Shown: positions 1-8,866 of the stretch, piece by piece
Numbering within the stretch: the stretch's first letter is position 1
Layout of the letters: every line of letters starts with the position of its first letter
DNA from: a virus
Lineage: Duplodnaviria; Heunggongvirae; Uroviricota; Caudoviricetes
Virus record (IMG/VR): IMGVR_UViG_3300036985_002287
Span: 30,613-94,612 of that record
DNA length: 64,000 nucleotides
Strand: one strand, 5' to 3'
Program-made: the position numbers and the translations under genes
The notes under the pieces: generated by a model
Database searches by the model: none
Told to the model about the DNA's origin: nothing
Seen by the model: only the letters and a program-made list of their open reading frames with translations

Positions 1-109
1 TCTTGGCATTGAAGATAGCTTGTGCAAGTGATTTCTTGCTTGGTGCCTTCGGAGCGGCAACAACAGCTTCAACTTCAGTGGTAACAGCGGTATCTTTAGT
101 CATTTTCAT
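1..109 (-). CDS. hypothetical protein, N-terminal part only (MKMTKDTAVTTEVEAVV...); gene runs off the window start
   Basis: Own translation of the minus strand from the ATG at 107-109; not in the ORF track because it is truncated. Confidence 0.35.
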   Translation of the reverse strand, partial: MKMTKDTAVTTEVEAVVAAPKAPSKKSLAQAIFNAK

Positions 110-204
110 TTCCTTTGTGTGTGTTTAATTGACTCTACTTACTCTACAGTTAACAAACCTCTTTTGCTAACATGTCCTTATTATGCAGGAAGATTACATC
201 CTTG

Positions 205-450
205 TCAAGCCTCCGTCACAACCATTACTTCAAAATCTGCATCTAAATTTACTTTGATCCAGCGTGATGCCTTATGCATATGGCCTTCGCCTTCAGGAGC
301 AATAAATAGCCAAGGACCAAATACGCCAGGTGCAAATAGGATGGTATCGGTCTCTGCCAATACAGTCCATTCATTACCGTGTTCACGCACTCGGTTCTTA
401 CCTTTTTGGGTAATACCCTTTAGCTTGATTTTACTTCCGAGCAAACTCAT
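205..450 (-). CDS. hypothetical protein
   Basis: 81-aa minus-strand ORF matching the genome-wide gene orientation; more protein-like than the overlapping + ORF 119..475. Confidence 0.35.
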   Translation of the reverse strand: MSLLGSKIKLKGITQKGKNRVREHGNEWTVLAETDTILFAPGVFGPWLFIAPEGEGHMHKASRWIKVNLDADFEVMVVTEA

Positions 451-644
451 ATTGGGCTCAGACTTTCCGATCTAGGAGATATCTTATTAAGAGTATCTTC
501 GAACGATCCTATCACACTGAAACTATTAGTTTGCAAGTGTATGATACAATTCGACCAATCCGGCGCTATCTCTTCAACCATTGCCACATTTTCAGGTCTG
601 ATGGCAATTTTAGTGCCCATTACAGTTGTAAACGTAAGTAACAT
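447..644 (-). CDS. hypothetical protein
   Basis: 65-aa ORF; ATGA stop/start overlap with neighbours. Confidence 0.35.
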   Translation of the reverse strand: MLLTFTTVMGTKIAIRPENVAMVEEIAPDWSNCIIHLQTNSFSVIGSFEDTLNKISPRSESLSPI

Positions 645-874
645 TATTCGTCCTCCTCATCTTCCAATGCATCTACCAAAGCATCGATGTCGGCATTGTC
701 GGTTTTAATTTTCCTGTTCACATTAACTGTGGCTACAGTGATAGGGCGATAAGCCCATAGTGGACACGACTTGACACTTGTGCAGGCCTCGACCTGTTCC
801 CGCCATGTACCGGGTGTTTTCGGATCGTATATACACATCTTGCACATATCGTTGATAGCTTTGGTGCGACTCAT
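644..874 (-). CDS. hypothetical Cys-containing protein with acidic C-terminus
   Basis: 76-aa ORF; CxxC...C..C pattern. Confidence 0.4.
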   Translation of the reverse strand: MSRTKAINDMCKMCIYDPKTPGTWREQVEACTSVKSCPLWAYRPITVATVNVNRKIKTDNADIDALVDALEDEEDE

Positions 875-931
875 GTAATTCCTTGTTGCGTTCTATGTAT
901 TATAGCAGATGTAGGAAAAATGTCAATAGGA

Positions 932-1318
932 TTAAGACTTAATCTTATTTAACCGTTTCCACGATGGATAAAAAGTAGGACCCACATCCATAGAAACGTA
1001 ATCTTCTCCCTGCATGTCTTTTTCACCATACTTTATATTTCGTACAGAATTAGCACTGAAGCCAATAATCTGAAGACCTTTCTTAAATTCTTTTATCCAC
1101 AACTTATCTGTACAGATAAGGCCGTGGCCATCCACATTCCGGGAGCCCTGTGTGAACCCGTGTGGCTCGTAGTATGCACGAAGTTCACCAGTGAAAGGAT
1201 CTTCAGGATAGTATTTTAGGCTCGAGTATCCAATTTCGAGTTTGGTAATAAGGACCTCTCGCACTTCTTGCGACCAAAGACCTTTACCATTTGTGAGTGT
1301 GACAATATTAGTTTTCAT
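932..1318 (-). CDS. hypothetical protein
   Basis: 128-aa ORF. Confidence 0.45.
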   Translation of the reverse strand: MKTNIVTLTNGKGLWSQEVREVLITKLEIGYSSLKYYPEDPFTGELRAYYEPHGFTQGSRNVDGHGLICTDKLWIKEFKKGLQIIGFSANSVRNIKYGEKDMQGEDYVSMDVGPTFYPSWKRLNKIKS

Positions 1319-1656
1319 ATTTGCTTGATAGGCCTCTTCGAAACACGATACCCCATCCTTGCTGCCAAGTCCTTCAGCAAGGCAAGATTGACATCGCCGA
1401 CCTGCTGGTGGCGATTCCAGTGCGTATATGCTACAGGCCTTCCACCATATCCGTCCAATACCGCTAATGTTTGTGTATCAGCATGAACTTGTTCAACAAT
1501 CTGCCCGTATTGAAAGTTTTCAAATCCGTATGATACCGATGATGCCGACTCCCAAATCTTGCGACCTAGTTCGGCGTCTTTTTCCCATACGTGGGCAAGA
1601 TCGTTTGATAATACAACTACAGTTCGAAAGCCCATGTTAGCCAACCTTTCCAACAT
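1315..1656 (-). CDS. hypothetical protein
   Basis: 113-aa ORF overlapping the upstream ORF by 20 nt. Confidence 0.45.
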   Translation of the reverse strand: MLERLANMGFRTVVVLSNDLAHVWEKDAELGRKIWESASSVSYGFENFQYGQIVEQVHADTQTLAVLDGYGGRPVAYTHWNRHQQVGDVNLALLKDLAARMGYRVSKRPIKQI

Positions 1657-1843
1657 ATTCCGCTCTCATATACCAGTCCGGAACTGTGGTTGCTGTGTTG
1701 TATTTGGCATTGTATGCACGAGCATATTCTTTTGCTTCGGCCCCATTATCGAAATAGATTGTTTCATCAATCTTGGAACCCCATCCGCGTTCGCTTTCGA
1801 TAATGTCTACACGGAAAGCTGTGTTAAGTTGAACTCTTGCCAT
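1637..1843 (-). CDS. hypothetical protein
   Basis: 68-aa ORF. Confidence 0.4.
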   Translation of the reverse strand: MARVQLNTAFRVDIIESERGWGSKIDETIYFDNGAEAKEYARAYNAKYNTATTVPDWYMRAEYVGKVG

Positions 1844-1853
1844 ATCTTACTCC

Positions 1854-2024
1854 TTATTTTACTATTTCGATTTGGATACACCGTGAACGGGCACCGCTAT
1901 CTTTAGCCATTTCCTGCATACGTTGGCAACTAGCTAGGTCAGCCACAGGCGGGGAATAACTGAGCTGATTACCATTGTGTCCACCCGAAGTGATGAGCAC
2001 CCAGACTAAGAAGATCGATTTCAT
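1854..2024 (-). CDS. small hypothetical protein with hydrophobic N-terminus (start moved to the internal Met, MKSIFLVWVLITSGG...)
   Basis: The ORF-track start at 2147 would run through a terminator hairpin at 2092-2123. The internal ATG at 2022-2024 has a GGAAG RBS and a cattatag motif about 26 nt upstream. Confidence 0.35.
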   Translation of the reverse strand: MKSIFLVWVLITSGGHNGNQLSYSPPVADLASCQRMQEMAKDSGARSRCIQIEIVK

Positions 2025-2048
2025 TTTGCTTCCTTGTTGCAATACACT

Positions 2049-2056
2049 CATTATAG
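2049..2056 (-). promoter_or_regulatory. TATTATA-type promoter-like element (minus-sense CTATAATG)
   Basis: Member of a recurring motif found 5-30 nt upstream of many minus-strand start codons. Confidence 0.3.
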
Positions 2057-2091
2057 CATAACGCAGCATAAGGTCAATAGGATATGTACTC

Positions 2092-2123
2092 AAAAGAAAA
2101 GCCCGGGCGATAGGCCCAGGCTT
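2092..2123 (-). terminator. rho-independent terminator (minus strand: GCCUGGGCC-loop-GCCCGGGCU followed by UUUUCUUUU)
   Basis: Inverted repeat agcccgggc/gcccaggct with a T-run on the minus strand. Confidence 0.5.
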
Positions 2124-3120
2124 CAATGTCTTTATCACTGACGGCACCAGGAACCCCTAGAACCGCTCTTCGTCACCACCCTCTACGGCGCTGTGTGACT
2201 ACCTATTTTCTAACTTCTCTTTATATTATTGACATTATTATCTCTCCAATGAGCTGATAATAAGCGGCCGGGGTTCTACCCCATCTATATTAGTTTTATC
2301 ATTTTAGTTCTTTGGATATATCTCCTCTGCGAGTGGATAATCGCTCAGTTACCTTTAGCCCTTATTTCATATATCATCTCGACAATTCCTACCACTGGTT
2401 AATAGGCTGTGGAGAGAGGATTTGTGTAGCGTACCGGTGCCATTGCTTCTAACACAATACCATAAAACGAGAAGTCCTTTCTTAGTCTCAGCTACTCCAT
2501 AAATTTAAGCGAGTTAAAAAGTTCCCAACGCTTCTACAAGTCTTACAGTTTCGTCCTTCCGGACTCATCAGTTGTGTAATACTATTTATATCAACTACCC
2601 TTGCTCCGGTCTTGAACCGGACACCGAATGGTCACTAAGGCATGCTTGCAGGACCCGATGACAAAACTCATTCAATGCATCCCCATTTCAAGAGTGTATC
2701 AAAAATTCCTAAGGGGACTCGAAACCCCAAACTGATATATTAAAAGAATACCAGCGCGGCCGTTTAAGACGTAGGATGCAGGCCCACTGTCTCATACAGG
2801 AACTTATAGAAACAAGCTAAAAGGTGAAATAACACTACGGTGCCCTAAGTCAGCGAACCAACATTAGAACCAAACCGGGCCAGGGGACACCTCTCTAGCT
2901 GCAACAAGACTTGACAGAATCCACTTGCAGGTGGTAATCTTTCTCGTCAGCTTGCTTCTATAAATTCCCTACAATAACTAAAGTGAAACACATTATGACC
3001 GGGCTGTTATACTCTCTACTAATACCACCAGGGTATTCGGGTCGTTAGTCCGACTTAGTTACCTATCAACTAATGTATCTCACTTTAGCTATCGTATGTG
3101 TTTATTATAATGCCGTTTAC
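2124..3120 (-). other. ~1 kb ORF-free, GC-enriched region downstream of the HD gene and upstream of the terminator; candidate non-coding/structured RNA or long 3'UTR
   Basis: No ORF of 60 aa or more on either strand despite >90% coding density elsewhere; local hairpins (e.g. tccgg-tcttgaa-ccgga at ~2603-2619); bounded by a terminator. Confidence 0.3.
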
Positions 3121-3723
3121 TTACACTGTCAACGGTTGTTCCTTACAATACCGTTCTATGTTTGCCCTTGCCTGTTGCTCCCACCTTTCCCGAGCAAAGT
3201 CGGTATGGTAGATGAATTCACGACAGGTTAGAAACTGCTTTAGGAAGGTAGCACTTTTCGATTGATCTGCTGGATAAGAACCGCCATTCTCTTCAATAAT
3301 GTTTATTTGGTTCTGGATAAAGTCTTCATATGGAAGACAGAGTGAAAAGAGATCAGCATCGAGCAAGGTTCCCAGATCACCTCCTAGATCATCTACCATT
3401 CGCTTATTACTTAGATGAATTTCTATACAAGTATATAGAATCAGTTGTGCAGCCTTATCCACCGCTACCATATTATCGGGCGTCATATCACGCCCTGTCA
3501 GTAGAAGTGCAGCAGCAGAGCATCGTTCGTTAGCATCGGATCCAGCACCCGGAATATAGATAGCATCGTGCCAGTATGCTGCCAGTATCAGTTCAGGTGA
3601 TGCTTTCTCATCGATGATCTGAACACCTTTTACAACATTGAGAGCGTGGCCCCAATTATGATAATGACGACTCTTCCAATTGATATCATACCAATACTGT
3701 GCAGAAGTAGCAATGTCTTTCAT
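3121..3723 (-). CDS. HD-domain metal-dependent phosphohydrolase
   Basis: H..NWGH and YWHDAIY motifs (His...His-Asp); start placed at MKDIATS giving an ATGA overlap with the upstream gene (ORF track extends to 3774). Confidence 0.6.
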   Translation of the reverse strand: MKDIATSAQYWYDINWKSRHYHNWGHALNVVKGVQIIDEKASPELILAAYWHDAIYIPGAGSDANERCSAAALLLTGRDMTPDNMVAVDKAAQLILYTCIEIHLSNKRMVDDLGGDLGTLLDADLFSLCLPYEDFIQNQINIIEENGGSYPADQSKSATFLKQFLTCREFIYHTDFARERWEQQARANIERYCKEQPLTV

Positions 3724-3938
3724 TTTATTTTCCTTGCTGCCTGTGTTTTCCATCCCTCCAACCAGGCACACCATCTTGCTTGAGTCATTACATCTACAAA
3801 ATTTCTCAACAACTTCGGACCACCGTCTGGGCGTGGATCAACTATTAGTCTATCAGGAAACATAGAGCAATACTCGTTAAATGCCTTGCGGCATACCCTG
3901 AGTTCCTTTAATGATAAATCTGGAACATCTTCTTTCAT
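3720..3938 (-). CDS. hypothetical protein
   Basis: 72-aa ORF, ATGA-coupled to both neighbours. Confidence 0.4.
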   Translation of the reverse strand: MKEDVPDLSLKELRVCRKAFNEYCSMFPDRLIVDPRPDGGPKLLRNFVDVMTQARWCAWLEGWKTQAARKIK

Positions 3939-5332
3939 TCTTCAATCTCCACTTTTTCCGGCTTGATAGCAGCAGCGAACTGAGCTTCAACTTCTGCGAA
4001 ACTATCGGCAACCGTTTTGTCATCGCGGACCTCAATCAATCGTGGTAGGAACAGCGAGTGCTTCTTACCGGCCTTAGTGGAATACATAATACCATTAGAA
4101 CGAATGACAGCAATCTTGTTCATGTATTCGGCGCGGTTGTTATGTATTTCGTTCCGCAAATCATCTGGAATACCCGAAGCATTGACCAAAAGCAGGCCGC
4201 AGCTACTCTCACAGATAAGCGAACCAAATAAGTGAGCAAACTTATTTTTACCTGGTGTAAATCCTTTAATTTCAAGGTCGACGTCAACAACTTCCTTCTG
4301 CTTAACTTGATCTTTGCTTGTACCATCCTTCCAGATTGCGTGACGACTCTTACATACTGTGCCTTCCAACTTACGCCGACGAGCATCACGATAATGTGCA
4401 AGTGCTTCATCGGGAGAATAAACAATCTTTGTTTCAATCAGCTGGATCTGAATAACATCTGTACCTTGTAAGACAGGCTTCATTACCTGTTTTTCAAGCG
4501 AAATAAACCGTTCATGATAAGGAATATTATATTTGCCCTTAGAAACAAATTCTTCTAGCGGAATCTGATCCCAACAATCAAAAACGACCACCTCACCTTC
4601 GCCGAGCGACCCACCTTTGGAAACAGAATTCAAAATCCCATTTCCAATTTGGCGTTCCAACATCACACCGTTACGATACACAGTAAGTTCGCCATGTGTG
4701 CTCGTTCCGTGTGTAAATGTTTTCGCAGCATAATCTTCAATGCCGAGCGCATCCTGAGGCATTACTGTACCACCACGTGAGGTGATTTGAACAAATCCAT
4801 CCTTGCCGACATTCACATAAGCAAACATTCCGTCTGCTTTGATTTGTGAATACACACCTTCGGAATAGTCCCACTCTTCCATATTAGAAGATTCGGGCAA
4901 AGAGCAGCGCATATAAGGAGTGACAGGAATTTCGTAATCCTTGTTTACACCTTTGACAGCTTTGTTTACTGTGGATTCACTAAATCCAGAACCCAAGTCT
5001 TTGATAAGAATCTTGCGATACCAACCATTCCATTGATCATTAGTTGATCGCAGCATGGACATATTGATCGCATCCAGCGCCGCGTGACCTGTTAATACCC
5101 GTTTAGTCAAGCCAACAGCCAGCAGCTTAAACATGTCGAATGGCAATCCTGCTCCATCTGCACCGCTGCGGATAGGAACCTTCTTCACACCAAATGTATC
5201 GATGTTATCCAGCGCATAGCGCAAGCCGGCAAAGAATTCGGTATTGCCTGCCTTAGCTTCACGAGCAATAACACCCTGTTTGAAGAGTTTGCCATTGTCG
5301 GATGCGATTTCTGTAAGTAGTTGGTGTGTCAT
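3935..5332 (-). CDS. ATP-dependent DNA ligase
   Basis: Adenylation motif I KADGMFAYV (KxDG), 465 aa, size and layout like T4-type ligase. Confidence 0.85.
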   Translation of the reverse strand: MTHQLLTEIASDNGKLFKQGVIAREAKAGNTEFFAGLRYALDNIDTFGVKKVPIRSGADGAGLPFDMFKLLAVGLTKRVLTGHAALDAINMSMLRSTNDQWNGWYRKILIKDLGSGFSESTVNKAVKGVNKDYEIPVTPYMRCSLPESSNMEEWDYSEGVYSQIKADGMFAYVNVGKDGFVQITSRGGTVMPQDALGIEDYAAKTFTHGTSTHGELTVYRNGVMLERQIGNGILNSVSKGGSLGEGEVVVFDCWDQIPLEEFVSKGKYNIPYHERFISLEKQVMKPVLQGTDVIQIQLIETKIVYSPDEALAHYRDARRRKLEGTVCKSRHAIWKDGTSKDQVKQKEVVDVDLEIKGFTPGKNKFAHLFGSLICESSCGLLLVNASGIPDDLRNEIHNNRAEYMNKIAVIRSNGIMYSTKAGKKHSLFLPRLIEVRDDKTVADSFAEVEAQFAAAIKPEKVEIEE

Positions 5333-5333
5333 A

Positions 5334-5768
5334 TTAAACCTTTAGGTATGCGATTTGTTCTTTGATTGCGTGTTTTTGGTCAGGCGTCAGCTTATCCCAT
5401 ACCATATTCGCAACAATGCGGCGATCATTGTATTCGTCTTGTGCTTTCTTAAGCTCGTTTAGCTTTCGTTCAAGTGATTCGAGTTCCCATTCTTCTGTAT
5501 TGTATGTAATGATATCATCAATATAGATTTTATTGGTATGATCTTCACACTCAAATCTAACAGAAGGTCCTGTCTCAGTCAAAGATACATGCGTAGATAC
5601 ACCGAGGTGGCATGCCATTGCTTGAGCATCCATCAACCGTTTAGGAATGGTTGCTTTATACATTGCGATATGCTCGGCCTCATTTAATTCGTATTGTCTA
5701 CGAGTCTCAGCTTCTTCAGCTAAACGCTTTGCTCTGCGGCCGGAAGGGTCGATTACTTTTGTTGCCAT
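5334..5768 (-). CDS. hypothetical protein
   Basis: 144-aa ORF. Confidence 0.45.
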   Translation of the reverse strand: MATKVIDPSGRRAKRLAEEAETRRQYELNEAEHIAMYKATIPKRLMDAQAMACHLGVSTHVSLTETGPSVRFECEDHTNKIYIDDIITYNTEEWELESLERKLNELKKAQDEYNDRRIVANMVWDKLTPDQKHAIKEQIAYLKV

Positions 5769-5770
5769 GT

Positions 5771-5782
5771 GTATATTATAGT
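5771..5782 (-). promoter_or_regulatory. TATTATA-type promoter-like element (minus-sense CTATAATATAC) directly upstream of the 5334..5768 start
   Basis: Motif gtatattatag immediately 5' of the ATG at 5768. Confidence 0.3.
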
Positions 5783-5808
5783 TGATTCGCTATAAAGAGT
5801 CAACAGGA

Positions 5809-6015
5809 TTATTTTAATAATTCCAATCCAAGCCGTCTAATTTCAGCAATGTCTTCGTCACTGTATTTGTCTTCGTCAAACCAACCATAGAAACCCTGAT
5901 GTGTTACTTCATTATCCATCCAGCGTTCTATCTGACCATTTAAGAACACCCTGAAACAACCTTCGTCTGTATCGATATACGCAATCTTTTCTACAAACTT
6001 ACTAATAATTTTCAT
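5809..6015 (-). CDS. hypothetical protein
   Basis: 68-aa ORF. Confidence 0.4.
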   Translation of the reverse strand: MKIISKFVEKIAYIDTDEGCFRVFLNGQIERWMDNEVTHQGFYGWFDEDKYSDEDIAEIRRLGLELLK

Positions 6016-6218
6016 TTTACTTTCCTCGGTTTCGGGAAATATCCTTCGGCAAGGTCGTCAGTGATAGAATTCATAAAGCGTGTCATACTTTCGACATCGC
6101 CGTGTGCCTGGAAAAATTTCTTCTTGGCACCGTCGGCAAACCGTGTAACAGTGATATGAAGATACTTATCGATGTCTTCAGTAACTTCAAAATCAAACAG
6201 TGTCATTAATTTCTGCAT
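6012..6218 (-). CDS. hypothetical protein
   Basis: 68-aa ORF. Confidence 0.4.
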   Translation of the reverse strand: MQKLMTLFDFEVTEDIDKYLHITVTRFADGAKKKFFQAHGDVESMTRFMNSITDDLAEGYFPKPRKVK

Positions 6219-6651
6219 CTTCGGCCTTTAGTTTTCTAAGTCTCAGAACTTCTTTTGTTTCGCCCTTGCTCTTCTTACCATTGCAGGGAGAGCACATAAT
6301 TTGCGTATTGGTAAGATCGTCTGCACCACCCAATGCCCTTGCTTTGATATGATCATGAGTGAATAGAATCTCCTCACCATCACGTACACCATATAGGTTG
6401 AGGTGCCAGGAATCTTGTCCAGGAGATTGCTCCACAGCGAAGAATGTAGCTTCCAAATCGCAGCATACGCACTTCATACCTTTAGCACTCAATCCAGCAC
6501 GAGCAAATGTTCTCATACGGCGAGAGGATACACCTACCCAAATGCCGGATGATCGTTGGATACGGACTCGCTTTTCTTTCCAATGTGTTTTCACATAAGG
6601 AATAATTTCAGAAATGGGTATTACTTCGGATCGAAGGTATCTTTGTGTCAT
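6193..6651 (-). CDS. HNH endonuclease
   Basis: CCD...HDHIKARALGG...N...CSPCNGKKSK: HNH core with zinc-ligand Cys pairs. Confidence 0.7.
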   Translation of the reverse strand: MTQRYLRSEVIPISEIIPYVKTHWKEKRVRIQRSSGIWVGVSSRRMRTFARAGLSAKGMKCVCCDLEATFFAVEQSPGQDSWHLNLYGVRDGEEILFTHDHIKARALGGADDLTNTQIMCSPCNGKKSKGETKEVLRLRKLKAEDAEINDTV

Positions 6652-6809
6652 GCTACTATTATAACATAAGATATAGAAAAGACAAATAGGTAGCAGTCGC
6701 GAATGAAAAATTGTTAATCATTCCACTGCCTGTGCTTTGGTTCTTATGGGTTTAGGATGCTATTTTATAGCAGACGCCCGTAATCCTTTCGGATACCTGC
6801 CCTCACACC

Positions 6810-7697
6810 TTAAATTATATTCTTTGCAACAGAGTCCACGATTACTTTCATATGCTTCGGACCTATATCTACACTCTCCGAAAAATCAATTACGAAGTCT
6901 TTTCTTGTTAGTGGATCTTCGAGATATTCTTTAACTAATTTGTTCCAAAATACTAAATTTTCTTGTCGAGCATCTTTAGGAAGCACAATACAATACCCAT
7001 CTGCATCTTGCCATAGTGGATAAACTTTATTTAGAATAGGAACGAATTCCGAATCGTGTAAAGGTTTTCTATTGCTCAAAGCAAGTAATCGTAACTTTCC
7101 TGCATCTATCATCGGCTTTGCAAGTATCAACGGAAGTATAGCAACGTCGACATGACCACCCATTACATCTGTCATTAACGGTGCACCACCTTTATATGCG
7201 ACCAATGTGGGTGGCCGCCTTCCATTTTTAAGATCTGTAAACTTGAATAGTTCTTCCATTAGAATCTTTTGTGCTGGTGCTCCATAGCCAAATGATTTTT
7301 TGGTGTCTACTTTGCTCAACTCGTTTTGAACTTCTGACAACGATTGTAGGCTATTAGCAGACCCAGTTACAAGTGCAAAGATCGACGTTCTTATCATAGA
7401 TACATATTCAAATTGATAATTAGGGTTCTTATTTTGATAGACTGCTACAGTAGCCACAGTACCAAAACCGATTGTGCTGTCGTCGGCAGAAGCAACTTCT
7501 CCCATCCCTATTAAGCCGTCTGCACCACTTTTATAATTTGCAATAATATTGATTCCTCGTGAATCGGCATATTTTTGAAAATGTCGAAAGGCAATATCGG
7601 CGCCGCCGCCTGGCGGAAATGGTATAATGGCTTTATATGGGTCGGCGTGAGCAATGGCGCATATTAAAATTAACGCTGCGATTATAATTTTTCTCAT
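6810..7697 (-). CDS. TctC/Bug-family periplasmic solute-binding protein with signal peptide
   Basis: N-terminal signal peptide MRKIIIAALILICAIAHA; PFPPGGGADIAFR motif typical of the tripartite tricarboxylate transporter SBP family. Confidence 0.6.
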   Translation of the reverse strand: MRKIIIAALILICAIAHADPYKAIIPFPPGGGADIAFRHFQKYADSRGINIIANYKSGADGLIGMGEVASADDSTIGFGTVATVAVYQNKNPNYQFEYVSMIRTSIFALVTGSANSLQSLSEVQNELSKVDTKKSFGYGAPAQKILMEELFKFTDLKNGRRPPTLVAYKGGAPLMTDVMGGHVDVAILPLILAKPMIDAGKLRLLALSNRKPLHDSEFVPILNKVYPLWQDADGYCIVLPKDARQENLVFWNKLVKEYLEDPLTRKDFVIDFSESVDIGPKHMKVIVDSVAKNII

Positions 7698-8866
7698 GGT
7701 GTCTTATCGAACTGTCCTATGTTATAAAATCGAGAAAATATCGATTTTGTTGCAATTTTGTTACCTAGCGGATCTAAATCACAATACATGGCATCAATAT
7801 CATCCATCTCGGATGAATAATTATGGCGCCACGCTGCGATCGAATCTTTCAATTCTGGATGAGAATATAACCAGTAGTCCTTATCTTCTCTAAATACACT
7901 CTTAGGCTTCTCAGCCTGAAAGCGACTAAAATCCCAATCTTTATATATTATAGTACGAATAGCATGTTGCGCCAATTCTGCGGCAGCATGGGCTTGATCT
8001 TTTGTTTCTGTATCCCATTTTCTTTGAATGAGAGGTCTCATAGCAGGATTATTATTAAAATATTGGAATACTTGATAGGCCTGCTCGTACACTAATTCGG
8101 GCATATTGGGTGCCCAATAAAATAATTCTAATCCCTCTGTATTCTCGTGATAAGGTGTACTGACTGCAATTATACCATCATTAAATACCATACCAACATC
8201 ACCTTCGTCGTCGGCTACTACAATCGGTTTATCGACCCCCCATATCTCTGCAACCCGCTTACCTGCAGATAACCACTTTTTCTCGTTTTCGGAGAATGTC
8301 TGCATACGCATAAGATTTGCTGCCGAGTGCAGATGCTGTTGTGTTTCAAATAGTGAATCCTTAAAGTATTCAGGACTACATTTATCGACCCATTCGGCAA
8401 CTTCGATTTTTATTTCTGGATGATTTTGTGCAAGCCATTCCAGATCTTTTTTAATCACAAGATCCCATTCACTCATGAAATTGTAGGCGCTCTTGTCATC
8501 TGATCTGACCCGGTGTAGTGGTTGCGCCTTCATGGGCCAGCGAACAAATATACAATCCAGTTTTATATTATTTTTTAAGAAAGTATTCAGAACAGTCCAG
8601 CTATCGCTACCTCCACTGTAATATAACACGAGGTAATCATATGAATCCCTTATCTGTTGAGCTCTTTCTTTATATAATGTTTCTAACGGAGTTTTTCCTA
8701 ATATAGATTTATCGAAATTTAACCATGTATTAAAGAAATAGGAATAGTGTACCCGAGTTTTACTTTTCGATGCCTGCACTAATGCTTCGATCTTATTATA
8801 GTATTTTACATACTTCCCGGCATCATTCTGTGCCCACCATTCTCCATTCTTGTATAAATGTTTCAT
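7694..8866 (-). CDS. PP-loop (N-type ATP pyrophosphatase) superfamily protein
   Basis: SGGxDS P-loop (LYYSGGSDSWTV) after an ~80-aa N-terminal extension; 390 aa. Confidence 0.6.
   Translation of the reverse strand: MKHLYKNGEWWAQNDAGKYVKYYNKIEALVQASKSKTRVHYSYFFNTWLNFDKSILGKTPLETLYKERAQQIRDSYDYLVLYYSGGSDSWTVLNTFLKNNIKLDCIFVRWPMKAQPLHRVRSDDKSAYNFMSEWDLVIKKDLEWLAQNHPEIKIEVAEWVDKCSPEYFKDSLFETQQHLHSAANLMRMQTFSENEKKWLSAGKRVAEIWGVDKPIVVADDEGDVGMVFNDGIIAVSTPYHENTEGLELFYWAPNMPELVYEQAYQVFQYFNNNPAMRPLIQRKWDTETKDQAHAAAELAQHAIRTIIYKDWDFSRFQAEKPKSVFREDKDYWLYSHPELKDSIAAWRHNYSSEMDDIDAMYCDLDPLGNKIATKSIFSRFYNIGQFDKTP

Noticed and set aside
119-475. Plus-strand ORFs overlapping minus-strand genes (e.g. 119..475, 4017..4471, 24132..24524, 25229..26171, 61489..63237)
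   Set aside because: They are antisense shadows of longer, motif-bearing minus-strand genes. Their compositions are S/P/C/R-rich and non-protein-like, and the genome is otherwise almost strictly single-stranded in gene orientation.
1854-2147. Full-length 97-aa ORF as given by the ORF track
   Set aside because: Its 5' part contains a strong intrinsic terminator hairpin plus T-run on the same strand. An internal ATG at 2024 with an RBS and promoter-like motif is a better start.
2590-2640. Possible tRNA or tmRNA in the 1-kb ORF-free region (T-arm-like ccgg-ttcaaga-ccgg)
   Set aside because: I could not assemble an acceptor stem, D-arm and anticodon arm around it, so it is kept only as part of the candidate ncRNA region.
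7694-8866. QueC (7-cyano-7-deazaguanine synthase) identity for the PP-loop protein
   Set aside because: The SGGxDS motif lies ~80 residues from the N-terminus, the protein is 390 aa, and it lacks the QueC C-terminal zinc-binding Cys cluster. It is also 35 kb from queE but adjacent to the SPASM rSAM. It is kept as a generic PP-loop ATPase.
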